This document shows positions 41,699 through 50,010 of a stretch of 50,010 nucleotides of DNA, piece after piece (within the stretch, counting starts at the first letter, position 1; each line of letters starts with the position of its first letter). Under the pieces are notes generated by a model. It searched no databases, was not told where the DNA came from, and saw only the letters and a list, made by a program, of their open reading frames with translations. This DNA is from Natronomonas sp. Lineage in GTDB: Archaea > Halobacteriota > Halobacteria > Halobacteriales > Haloarculaceae. The stretch is from NCBI RefSeq assembly GCF_046710025.1, contig NZ_JBKEGK010000001.1:1-50010 (forward strand), read 5' to 3'. Made by a program: the position numbers and the translations under genes.

Positions 41699-42007
41699 AT
41701 GATCGTGATCCATTCGGAGGTTCCCATACGATCAGATTCGAAGCCAAAGGCCAGCGATATACTTGAACGGATGGCGGTCGAATCTAGAAAAGAGCCCGGC
41801 GTTATCGATTACAGAGTAACATTCGACATCGAGAGGCCGACAGTAGCCCGGATAATTGAGCAGTACAAAGATTGGTCGGCCGTCGAGTCACACGAGTCAA
41901 GTAGCCATCTTGAGCGGTTTCAAGAATCTATTGAGCCACACATGCGCTCTGAACCACACCTATTCCAATATGAGGTAACGAACAAGATCGAAGCGGAGGG
42001 GCCATAA
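41699..42007 (+). CDS. ABM-domain protein (putative quinol monooxygenase)
   Basis: SRKEPGVIDY, IIEQYKD..AVESH..S.HL..F; 102 aa. Confidence 0.87.
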   Translation: MIVIHSEVPIRSDSKPKASDILERMAVESRKEPGVIDYRVTFDIERPTVARIIEQYKDWSAVESHESSSHLERFQESIEPHMRSEPHLFQYEVTNKIEAEGP

Positions 42008-42215
42008 CTCGCGATGGGGTGTCCAACAGCCACATCCTTGGCTGGGAATTTAAACCGCTGACCACCAGCGTCCACGTTGCCCGATGCAACACAGACGGGG
42101 GTATACGCTCGTCTCTCTATCACGAAAAGAACGAGTTGACGATCGCTGATTCGACACCCGTGGCAACGACCACGGCGCTCTCGTATTTATTAGGAGTAAT
42201 CGCCCCGGGCCCGAC

Positions 42216-42941
42216 TCACTCGAACCGGGCGATCAGTTCGCTCCCCTCGACGTAGGGGAAGTCGTTGCGGTCGGCGTACGCCCGGGCGGCGGCGGGCGAG
42301 AGCGCGCCCCCCGTCTCGTCGTCGAGCATCTCGCAGACGACGACGGCGGGTTCGATACCGGCCGCCTCGGCGAGGGCCAACCCGAGTTCGGTGTGGCCCT
42401 CCCGGTCGGCGAGGCCACCCGGTGCGGCCCGAAGCAGGTGAACGTGCCCGGGGGCGCGGAACGACTCGGCGAAGCGCTCGGCGTCGGTGGCGATAGCGCC
42501 GGCCGCGCCGTCGCCCGCAACCCGCTGTTCTCTGTCGATCTGCCCCGCGGCGGCCCCGAGTTCGGAGATGGTGAGTGCACGGTCTTTGTCGGTGATCCCG
42601 GTGAACGTCCCGCGGTGGTTCACCGTAATCGAGAACGACGACCGCTCGTCGTAGCCCAACTCGTGGTCCGCACCGGCGGGGTGGTCTACGAGTTCTTGGG
42701 CGAACGGCAACTCCCAGGTCGCACAGACCGACTCGGGGAGCGCAACACAGACCAATCCGCCGGCGTCAGTCCGGAGGCGGGCGACATCGTCAGGGGTGAC
42801 CGCCGCGGCCGGGTATATGAGGTCGACCTCGCCCTCGCGGTCGGTCGCATCGTGAATCAAAACGGGCTGTTTGGCCGAAAACGCCGACACGGCGGCGTCG
42901 ACGCCGTGATCGGCGGCCGCGGTCTCACTGCTCCGAGACAT
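42216..42941 (-). CDS. ribB: 3,4-dihydroxy-2-butanone 4-phosphate synthase (archaeal type)
   Basis: DREGEVD, DAGGLVC, FSITVNH, TGITD.DRA.T, PGHV, REGHTE, CEMLD. Confidence 0.95.
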   Translation of the reverse strand: MSRSSETAAADHGVDAAVSAFSAKQPVLIHDATDREGEVDLIYPAAAVTPDDVARLRTDAGGLVCVALPESVCATWELPFAQELVDHPAGADHELGYDERSSFSITVNHRGTFTGITDKDRALTISELGAAAGQIDREQRVAGDGAAGAIATDAERFAESFRAPGHVHLLRAAPGGLADREGHTELGLALAEAAGIEPAVVVCEMLDDETGGALSPAAARAYADRNDFPYVEGSELIARFE

Positions 42942-43626
42942 GGACCTCGAGTGTGTCGTCGTCGTCAATCGGAAGCGTTTCGCGGAGCTTCTCCGGGGCG
43001 ATCACTTCGAGTTGGTCGGCGTCGTGGTGGGTGCGCTCGGGGGCGATGACGTGGGCTTCTTCGTAACGCTCGCTGCCGGCCGTCTCGACCGTTGCGGGCC
43101 AACAGAACGCGGGGCCGTAGGTGCGTTCGTCGTCGGCCCATCCGTCGATATCGACCGGGTCGAGGGCGTCCATCCGGGCGCGCATCCGGGCGCTGTCGTC
43201 GCTCAATTCGACGTTCAGCGTCCCGGGGAACGGCTCGTAGCCGAGGCGCTCGCGGAACTGCCGCATATACCCGGGTAGGGAGATGTAGTGTCGCCCCTCG
43301 CCCATGCCGCTCGTGACGGTCCCCCGGAGCGTCACGTTGGCGTCGCCCTCGAAGAGCCGCCGGTAGTCGGCGTACTCGCGCTGGAGGGCGCGCTCGCCCT
43401 CATCGGTGATCGAGACGACCTGCCCGTCGCCGGTCACCTCGCGGGTCAGATACTCGGCATCCTCCAGGCGCTGGAGCCGTCGGGAGGCGGTCTGGTTCGA
43501 CGCGTCGAGCCGGGCGGCCAACTCCGAGCAGGTGACCGTCGTCCGGCCCCCGAGGGCGCCCTCGAGGGCGACGAGTTTCAACGTCGCCAACTCGTCGTGG
43601 CCGACGTGCTCGGTCGTCTGTGACAT
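42925..43626 (-). CDS. ribK: CTP-dependent riboflavin kinase with N-terminal HTH (RbkR)
   Basis: [12 protein letters not shown]; [30 protein letters not shown]. Confidence 0.94.
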   Translation of the reverse strand: MSQTTEHVGHDELATLKLVALEGALGGRTTVTCSELAARLDASNQTASRRLQRLEDAEYLTREVTGDGQVVSITDEGERALQREYADYRRLFEGDANVTLRGTVTSGMGEGRHYISLPGYMRQFRERLGYEPFPGTLNVELSDDSARMRARMDALDPVDIDGWADDERTYGPAFCWPATVETAGSERYEEAHVIAPERTHHDADQLEVIAPEKLRETLPIDDDDTLEVHVSEQ

Positions 43627-43764
43627 ACCCGAACGTACGGCCCCCGCGTTCTTAACCGTAACGAAACTGGAATGCGTAACAAAAATGAGAAGGTACGGCG
43701 AGGCTGCTCAATCTGGCTAGGTGAGCAACAGTCTAAACGGTGTCGGAGGCGGCCACTCGCGGCA

Positions 43765-44727
43765 TCAAGACTCTGCGTAAGGATCCTCCTGCCAGAAGTC
43801 GCTGCCGCCTTTTAATTCCGGCACCATCGTGTCCGGATCCCGCGCCAGCAGGGCGACCCGGGACGCCTCGACGTCACGGACGACCGGGTGGGTTGGCAGA
43901 TACTCTTGGACTGACTCGGCGAACGCGAGCACCTCGGCGTGGTCGGGCATCACATCGCGGTCCAATCGGTCACGCGAGTTGCCGACGTGCATGTACGCCT
44001 TCAATTCGACGAAGTCGGCGTCGGCGCGGTCGTACATCGCCGCGTACCACTCGGGGTGATGTGTGTTGTCTCCCGACAGTAACGTCGTCCGCAGTACCGT
44101 GCGCGTCTCGTCCTTGGCAGCGAGCACATCGAGCGTCTCAATGAGCCGGTCCCAGGCGTCGTCTTCGACCGCTTTCACGACCTCGTCGAAGGTCTTCCGG
44201 TCGGCGGCGTCGACGCTTACGTACAACTGCGTCGGATCACACCGCTCGATGACCTCCGGACGGGTCCCGTTCGAGACGAGAAACGTCGTGATCCCTCGGT
44301 CGTGAAACGCCTCCAGAAGCTCCGGCAGGTGAGGGTACAGCGTCGGCTCGCCGTCGAGAGAGATGGCGACGTGACGGGGCTCCATCGCCTCCTCGAAGGC
44401 CGTCTCGGGGACCGCGTCGTTACCGCCAAAGCCGCTGAGGAGTTTTCGCTGGAGTTTGATCGAGGCGTCGGCGACGGCGTCAGGGTCGTCCCACTCCACG
44501 TCGCCGAGTTCGTAGGCGTGGCCGGCGTGGTCGCGCCAGCAGAACACGCAGCGCTCGTTGCACTTGACGACGGGCGTCATCTGGATGCAGCGGTGCGATT
44601 GAATGCCGTAAAAGTGATTTTTGTAACAGCGGCCCTCGCCGCGGAGGGCGTTGGCCGTCCACCCGCAGGTCTGGGCGGCGGTGTGGTTCTCGCTGTGGTA
44701 GTCGGGATCGTCGACCTGCTTGGGCAT
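43765..44727 (-). CDS. taw1: 4-demethylwyosine synthase (radical SAM)
   Basis: CYK..FYGIQSHRCIQMTP, CNERCVFCWR, ISLDGEPT, ELKAYMHVG. Confidence 0.94.
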   Translation of the reverse strand: MPKQVDDPDYHSENHTAAQTCGWTANALRGEGRCYKNHFYGIQSHRCIQMTPVVKCNERCVFCWRDHAGHAYELGDVEWDDPDAVADASIKLQRKLLSGFGGNDAVPETAFEEAMEPRHVAISLDGEPTLYPHLPELLEAFHDRGITTFLVSNGTRPEVIERCDPTQLYVSVDAADRKTFDEVVKAVEDDAWDRLIETLDVLAAKDETRTVLRTTLLSGDNTHHPEWYAAMYDRADADFVELKAYMHVGNSRDRLDRDVMPDHAEVLAFAESVQEYLPTHPVVRDVEASRVALLARDPDTMVPELKGGSDFWQEDPYAES

Positions 44728-44854
44728 ACGATCCCCTTGACGCACAGCGGCCTAAAGCCCATGGTCCGTCGCGCTGGGTGATCGACGTTTCGATCCGGGC
44801 GACGACGGGGCGCTCTTCGAAAGCCCCTTTATTCGGTGGCGGGCAAAGAGAGGT

Positions 44855-46597
44855 ATGTTCATCGCTCTGCGCGAGGAGGTCGAAGCGGCCCTCGCGGACG
44901 CGCTCGCCGACTGCGGCTACCCGGCCGACGACCTCGGTATCGAGGAGCCACCCGAGGAGCGCGACGCCGTCTTCGCCTCCAGCGTCGCCTTCCGACTCGC
45001 CTCGGCGGCCGGCGCCCCGCCGCCGGAGGTCGCCGCCGAACTGCACGCGGCGCTTGACCCTGACGGGTACGACTACGTGGGCGGAGTCGACGCCGAGGGA
45101 CCGTACCTCAATTTCCTCCCGAGCGAGGCGTACTTCCAAGGGACGCTGGAGGCCGGCCAAGACGAAGCGTACGGTTCCCTGCCCGTCCGTGACACCTCCG
45201 TCGTCGTCGAACACACCTCCGCGAACCCGACCGGCCCCGTCCACGTCGGGCGGGCGCGCAACCCGATCGTCGGCGACGCCGTTGCGAACCTGCTTTCGTA
45301 CGCCGGGTACGACGTGGATCGACACTACTACGTCAACGACGCCGGCCGGCAGATGGCCGTCTTCACGTGGGCCTACGAGACGTTCGAGGAGTCCGAGCTA
45401 CCGGAGCCCGCCCGCGACCGCGCCGAGTACCGGATGGTCCGGTACTACCGCAAGGGCAACGACTTTTTAGAGAACGCTGATCCCGATGCGGTCGAGGCCG
45501 CCGAGGCCGAGATCGAAGCCATCATGCAGGGCCTCGAGGCCGGCGACGAGGCGACCTACGAGCGCGTCACCGAGGTCGTCGACACCGTGTTGGACGGGAT
45601 GCGGCGGTGTCTGGGACGGCTCCCCGCCGGGTTCGACGAGTTCGTCAAGGAGACGCGGTTCATGCGGGACGGCTCGACCGACGATGTCATCACCCGTCTC
45701 AAGGAGCACGACCGGGCGGTCTACGAGGACGACGCCTGGCAACTCGAGTTCGCGGATATCGACAAGAACCTCGTCTTCCTCCGCTCGGACGGCACCTCGC
45801 TGTACACCACGCGGGATCTGGCCCACCACGAGTGGAAGTTAGACACCTACGACCGCGCAGTAACGGTACTCGGCGAGGATCACAAGTTGCAGGCCCGCCA
45901 ACTGCGGGCGGCCCTAGAGGATCTCGGCAACGACACCGACCCCCTTGATACGGTGATCTACTCGTACGTCAACCTTCCCGAGGGCAAGATGTCGACGCGG
46001 GCCGGCACCGGCGTCCAGCTCGACGACCTGCTCGACGAGGCGATCGATCGCGCCCGCGAGGAGGTCGAAGAGCGGCTCGACGACCGGCTTCGCGACGACG
46101 ACCTCGACGAATCTGATGTCGAGCGGATCGCCGAGCAGGTCGGTATCGGCGCTGTCCGCTACGATATCGTCTCCAAACAGCCCGCGAAGGCGATCACCTT
46201 CGAGTGGGAGCGCGCGCTTGACTTCGAGGCGCAGTCAGCCCCGTACGTCCAGTACGTCCACGCGCGCTGTCGCGGCATCGAGGCCGAGGCCGAGGGGATC
46301 GAGCCCGAACTCGACATCTCGGCGCTGTCGAGCGACGCCGAGCGCGAGTTGCTCTCGACCATCGCGCGCTTCCCCGGCGTCGTCGAGAGCGCCGCCGAGG
46401 CCCACGAACCACACCGGATCGCGACCTACACCCGCGAGGTCGCCGACCGATTCAACGGCTTCTACCGGGAGTGTCCGGTCGTCACGGCCGACGAGGAGAC
46501 GACCCGTGCGGCGCGGCTCGCACTCGTCGTCGCCGCCCGCCACACGGTCGCCAACGCCCTCGACATCCTCGGGGTCGACGCACCCGATTCGATGTGA
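44855..46597 (+). CDS. argS: Arginine--tRNA ligase
   Basis: [43 protein letters not shown]-terminal APDSM. Confidence 0.97.
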   Translation: MFIALREEVEAALADALADCGYPADDLGIEEPPEERDAVFASSVAFRLASAAGAPPPEVAAELHAALDPDGYDYVGGVDAEGPYLNFLPSEAYFQGTLEAGQDEAYGSLPVRDTSVVVEHTSANPTGPVHVGRARNPIVGDAVANLLSYAGYDVDRHYYVNDAGRQMAVFTWAYETFEESELPEPARDRAEYRMVRYYRKGNDFLENADPDAVEAAEAEIEAIMQGLEAGDEATYERVTEVVDTVLDGMRRCLGRLPAGFDEFVKETRFMRDGSTDDVITRLKEHDRAVYEDDAWQLEFADIDKNLVFLRSDGTSLYTTRDLAHHEWKLDTYDRAVTVLGEDHKLQARQLRAALEDLGNDTDPLDTVIYSYVNLPEGKMSTRAGTGVQLDDLLDEAIDRAREEVEERLDDRLRDDDLDESDVERIAEQVGIGAVRYDIVSKQPAKAITFEWERALDFEAQSAPYVQYVHARCRGIEAEAEGIEPELDISALSSDAERELLSTIARFPGVVESAAEAHEPHRIATYTREVADRFNGFYRECPVVTADEETTRAARLALVVAARHTVANALDILGVDAPDSM

Positions 46598-46659
46598 CGG
46601 CAAGGGCGGTCGATACGCCGGAGCGACTGACGGTGGCAGGTGTGATCCCTTCGATGGCA

Positions 46660-46712
46660 TCTACAGAGAAAACAAGGCGAGTGCCTCGGGGCTTGACCCC
46701 GAGGCGGTTCAC
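46660..46712 (+). mobile_element. IS200/IS605 end remnant (PATE-like) with perfect hairpin
   Basis: GCCTCGGGG-CTTGA-CCCCGAGGC (46683-46705) followed by GGTTCAC, typical of haloarchaeal IS605 ends; no tnpA or tnpB. Confidence 0.75.
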
Positions 46713-46877
46713 GGGCTCCAACGACTTGCGCAGCCAGGTGCCATGATGCACTATTTGCACCGAACGGGCTCAAAGCAACCGATACGTTCTGGTTGTGGCA
46801 AGTTTTTATTCATTTGCCCAATATAAGATATACAAAGAGACGGCAGTGGGGATAGCGGATGACGCCGGCTTGAGTCC

Positions 46878-48761
46878 ATGTGTCGTCGATTCAATATGAC
46901 CGCTCGGCAGAACACGTACTACTGGTCGGTGATGTTGGCACTCATGACGGTGTTCCTCTGGAGCCTCTCAGCCCCAGGTGCTAAATTCGTCAATCAGGAA
47001 GCGAACTACCTCGCATTGCCGCTGGTACGTTTCGGTTGCGGAGCAGTCGTGTTCGGCGCGTGGTTATGGTACGATCGGGACAGCTGCCGGACTCACTTCG
47101 CGGACCTCGCAAGCGGTGACGACGGATCGATCTATCGCTTTGGTGCGATAGTGTTCCTGTTCGGTGTGTTTCTCCTGATATACGACGTCACGTTCCTGTT
47201 TTCGATTCAGAACGGCCCGAGTATTCCCGCGAACGTGATTAACTATCTGTGGCCGTTATTATTTCCCGCCCTCGGCGGACTCGTGTTCCGCCGTTCTGAC
47301 TCGAAGTTCGGCTGGTTCGAGTTGGGCGTCCTGTCGGTCGCGTTCTGTGGCGCCGCGCTGATCGCAGGGGGAACTCCGAGCACGGCTTTTGCGGACGCGC
47401 GGATCACGTATCTGCTGGCGTTCGTCGCCGCCCTCTCAGCGGGCGTGTACATGAACTTGCTCTCTATGGCACAGGACTTCATCGACTCGACGCCACTCAT
47501 TTTTTTTATAGCTGTCTTGGTCGCACTCGTAGTAGAGTCAATAGCGATACTGGCAACGGGAGCACCCGTGCGGTTCGACCGCTCTTCGCTCCCGCTCGTC
47601 TTTCTCTATGGGTTCGGGACGTTCGGTCTCGGACACTTCACGTGGAGCCAAGCGATCAACCTCGGGGAAGACGTCTTGATTTCCTCGTTGGCGTACCTGA
47701 CACCCATCCTGAGCACTATTTTTTTACACGTGTTCGTCGATGCACCGTTCACCGAAACCGTCGCGTTCGGCGCCGTTCTCATCATCGTCGCACAGGTTCT
47801 GCTCAATGATACGTTCCGTCACCTGACATCACTCGGTGGAGCACTTATAACGATTTTTCTCAGCACGCTCTTTTTGTACGTCGATCCATCGAGACTCGGG
47901 AACGAGTTCCTGTCCGCATCGATCACGAACCTCATCGGGACAATCTTCGCTATCCTCACCGGATTCATGCTGAACAGGGTCTGGAGGACCAACCGCAAGG
48001 AGAACGAAAAGCTCAATCAGATCAACGCCACGATCAGGCGGCTAATCGAACGTGTTGAGGAGGGAGACCTCACCAAAGACGAAATTGAACGCGCGTACGG
48101 AGCGGTCGACGGGTTGATGATTGCGATCATCGACCTGAACTATGCACGGGGATCGGAGGCGATCGGGCCGTTGACACGGGAGGTAAATGAGGAACTGTCG
48201 AAGACAAGAGAAACCGTTACCACCCTCACCGCAACCGCCGATGTCGACCCCGAGACCGAACTGCGCGACGTGGAGTCCGATGTGAGAGAATGGCTTATGC
48301 TGAGTCAGGAACGCGTCAAACGCGGAGAAATGGTGATTCTCGCCCTGCTCGGGGTGGTGACAGTCGTGACGTTGTTATTGAACGCTGGCGATTCGTTCTT
48401 CGGGCACCTCGTCGTCATCGGGCTGAGCGGCGGCATCGTCTTCACGTTGCTCAAAATCCGTGACTACAATCACAACCGCGCCGGCCAACCAACAAGACTT
48501 CTGTTCGAACAGCAAATTGTCACCGAGATACAGCGTTCGCTGTACTTTCCGCGAGAGGAATTCACGTACGCGCCCGAAGTCGCCGAGTTCATTGGGTCCG
48601 ACGAGACAGTTCGAGTCGGAGACGCCGACGGTACGGTAGGCGAGGAGTTGCGAACAGTCTCGGAGGTCGGGGTCCGTCACACGGTCCGGTACGGCGTCCT
48701 CTCGTTCGTCCTCGCTGCTATCGGGATAGTTGTTGTCCTCCTCTATCTGCAAACAGTCTGA
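46878..48761 (+). CDS. EamA/DMT transporter fused to a C-terminal DUF4239/bestrophin-like membrane domain
   Basis: First ~310 aa have 10 TM segments with ANVINYLWP and LAYLTPILST; then NLIGTIFAILTGFMLNRVW, a helical domain and further TMs; start 46878 or 46896. Confidence 0.78.
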   Translation: MCRRFNMTARQNTYYWSVMLALMTVFLWSLSAPGAKFVNQEANYLALPLVRFGCGAVVFGAWLWYDRDSCRTHFADLASGDDGSIYRFGAIVFLFGVFLLIYDVTFLFSIQNGPSIPANVINYLWPLLFPALGGLVFRRSDSKFGWFELGVLSVAFCGAALIAGGTPSTAFADARITYLLAFVAALSAGVYMNLLSMAQDFIDSTPLIFFIAVLVALVVESIAILATGAPVRFDRSSLPLVFLYGFGTFGLGHFTWSQAINLGEDVLISSLAYLTPILSTIFLHVFVDAPFTETVAFGAVLIIVAQVLLNDTFRHLTSLGGALITIFLSTLFLYVDPSRLGNEFLSASITNLIGTIFAILTGFMLNRVWRTNRKENEKLNQINATIRRLIERVEEGDLTKDEIERAYGAVDGLMIAIIDLNYARGSEAIGPLTREVNEELSKTRETVTTLTATADVDPETELRDVESDVREWLMLSQERVKRGEMVILALLGVVTVVTLLLNAGDSFFGHLVVIGLSGGIVFTLLKIRDYNHNRAGQPTRLLFEQQIVTEIQRSLYFPREEFTYAPEVAEFIGSDETVRVGDADGTVGEELRTVSEVGVRHTVRYGVLSFVLAAIGIVVVLLYLQTV

Positions 48762-48981
48762 GACTGTTCGGCCGGATCCGCACGTTCGTTCTCGCTTTCG
48801 TTTTCGCCGGCCTCCGTGTGCTCCGTCTGCGAGACGGTCGGGGCCCCCAGAGTGTACGCTCGGTGGAGACACACCGCGGCGTGCCCACGTGCATAGACGT
48901 ACGGATACCACCACTCGGATCCGCGCCAGCAGATTCATTCCTCCGGAGACCGAACTAACAGTTGGAGGATTATATACAGCT

Positions 48982-49905
48982 GTGCCCCCCCACGTCGTCT
49001 CACTGTTGCCGTCCGCAACCGAGATCGTGGCCGCCCTCGGCGTCCAGCCCGTGGCGACCTCTCACGAATGTGACTACCCGCCGGTGGTCGCGGACACCCC
49101 CTCGGTCGTCGACTCGCGCATCGACGCCGAGGCGTCCAGCGCCGAGATCGACAGCCAGGTCCGCGCGTCGGCCGACGAGGGCGGTGTCTACCGAATCGAC
49201 CGCGAGACGCTCGCGGCCGCCGATCCGGACGTCGTCATCTCACAGGGCATCTGTGACGTGTGCGCCGTCGACACCGTCGTCGTCGAGTCGGCGATCGAGG
49301 AGATCGGACTCGACTGCGAACTCCTGACGACCGATCCCCACACCGTCGAGGACGTCTTCTCGGACGTTGAGGCCATCGGCGAGGCGCTCGATCGCGAGGC
49401 GCAGGCGACACAGCTTCTCGCGGACCTTCGGGAACGCGTCGACCGGGTCGCAACGGCGGCCGCGGAGCGCCCGGAGCGCCCGACGGTCGCTGTCCTCGAT
49501 TGGCTCGAGCCGCCGATGGTCGCCGGCCACTGGGTGCCCGAATTGGTCGAACTCGCCGGCGGTGAGTGCGGCCTCGCCGACCCCGGCGAGGCCTCGGCAC
49601 CGCAGGGGTGGAACGAGATCCGTGAGTACGATCCCGAGGTCGTAGTCGCCGCACCCTGCGGGTTCGGGCTCGAACAGACCGCCGAGAACCAAGACGGCCT
49701 GCTCGACCGCGAGGGCTGGTCGGATCTCCGGGCTGTTCGGGCGGGTCGCGTCCATGCTATCGACGGCAACCATCTCATGAATCGCCCCGGGCCGCGACTC
49801 GTCGAGAGCCTGGAGACGCTCGCGGCGCTTTTGCATCCGGAGGCGTTCGATGTGCCGGAGTCGTGGATGGCCCAGCCGTTCGACGCACGCGGACGGGGCG
49901 TCTGA
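48982..49905 (+). CDS. BtuF-like cobalamin/iron-siderophore binding protein
   Basis: VVSLLPSATEI, SHECDYP, QGICDVCAV, GHWVPE, APCGF, NRPGPRL; start moved to GTG 48982. Confidence 0.85.
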   Translation: MPPHVVSLLPSATEIVAALGVQPVATSHECDYPPVVADTPSVVDSRIDAEASSAEIDSQVRASADEGGVYRIDRETLAAADPDVVISQGICDVCAVDTVVVESAIEEIGLDCELLTTDPHTVEDVFSDVEAIGEALDREAQATQLLADLRERVDRVATAAAERPERPTVAVLDWLEPPMVAGHWVPELVELAGGECGLADPGEASAPQGWNEIREYDPEVVVAAPCGFGLEQTAENQDGLLDREGWSDLRAVRAGRVHAIDGNHLMNRPGPRLVESLETLAALLHPEAFDVPESWMAQPFDARGRGV

Positions 49906-49908
49906 GAG

Positions 49909-50010
49909 ATGGCGATCGAACTCTCGGAATCGCACCGCGACGCGATCGTCGATCACGCCCGCGAGGGCGCCCCGGAGGAGGTCGTCGGTGTCCTCGCCGG
50001 GACGCATGGC
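49909..50010 (+). CDS. JAMM/MPN+ metalloprotease (desampylase), 5' part, cut by the window edge
   Basis: MAIELSESHRDAIVDHAREGAPEEVVGVLAG: the HA...P.E..G.L.G MPN N-terminal motif. Confidence 0.8.
   Translation, partial: MAIELSESHRDAIVDHAREGAPEEVVGVLAGTHG

Larger units (their letters stand above)
32560..42200. other. AT-richer accessory island with a transport and catabolic gene cluster
   Basis: Visibly more A/T at third codon positions and AT-rich spacers between the core-like oxidoreductase and ribB; no integrase or transposase inside; boundaries approximate. Confidence 0.65.

Noticed and set aside
32555-42200. Weakly similar sequences at the island ends (GTATTAAATAGG near 32568 and GTATTTATTAGG near 42183) as att sites or target duplications
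   Set aside because: Short, AT-rich and mismatched, with no integrase or tRNA target; could be chance
42019-42255. 78-aa ORF at the right edge of the island
   Set aside because: No recognisable motif, non-acidic, and overlaps the ribB 3' end
48730-48981. N-terminal extension of the BtuF-like ORF
   Set aside because: Arg/Pro-rich intergenic read-through; family similarity begins at VVSLLPSATE

Overview
GC-rich chromosomal window from a haloarchaeon (class Halobacteria). Evidence: very acidic proteins, TATA-type and often leaderless starts, Tat lipoproteins, and archaeal markers hjc, ABCE1/RLI, taw1, ribK/RbkR and a JAMM desampylase. It has five parts. (i) Housekeeping genes at 0.1-8.9 kb: engB, TIGR00341, SIMPL, NOG1, hjc, deaminase, FNT channel, RLI, EMC6-like, HTH. 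(ii) An oxyanion/phosphate block at 10-24 kb: pstSCAB behind a striking ~29-30-bp phased ATACC repeat array, a tungstate ABC transporter with a ModE-like gene, an orphan PAS kinase, and a metallophosphoesterase-ppk1 pair. (iii) ZIP, IclR, valS, a PhaZ7/lipase-2-like hydrolase and a disulfide oxidoreductase. (iv) A visibly AT-richer ~9.6-kb accessory island at 32.6-42.2 kb: a PotABCD-like ABC transporter, ureohydrolase, MBL hydrolase, GNAT, isochorismatase-family amidase, P450 and ABM protein, probably a catabolic or detoxification pathway for an unknown guanidino/amine compound. (v) ribB-ribK, taw1, argS, an EamA protein fused to a DUF4239/bestrophin-like domain, a BtuF-like protein and a truncated JAMM protease. 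Three short IS200/IS605-type end remnants lie in intergenic gaps. I saw no rRNA, tRNA or CRISPR array. All family calls come from motif recognition by eye; no database searches were run.
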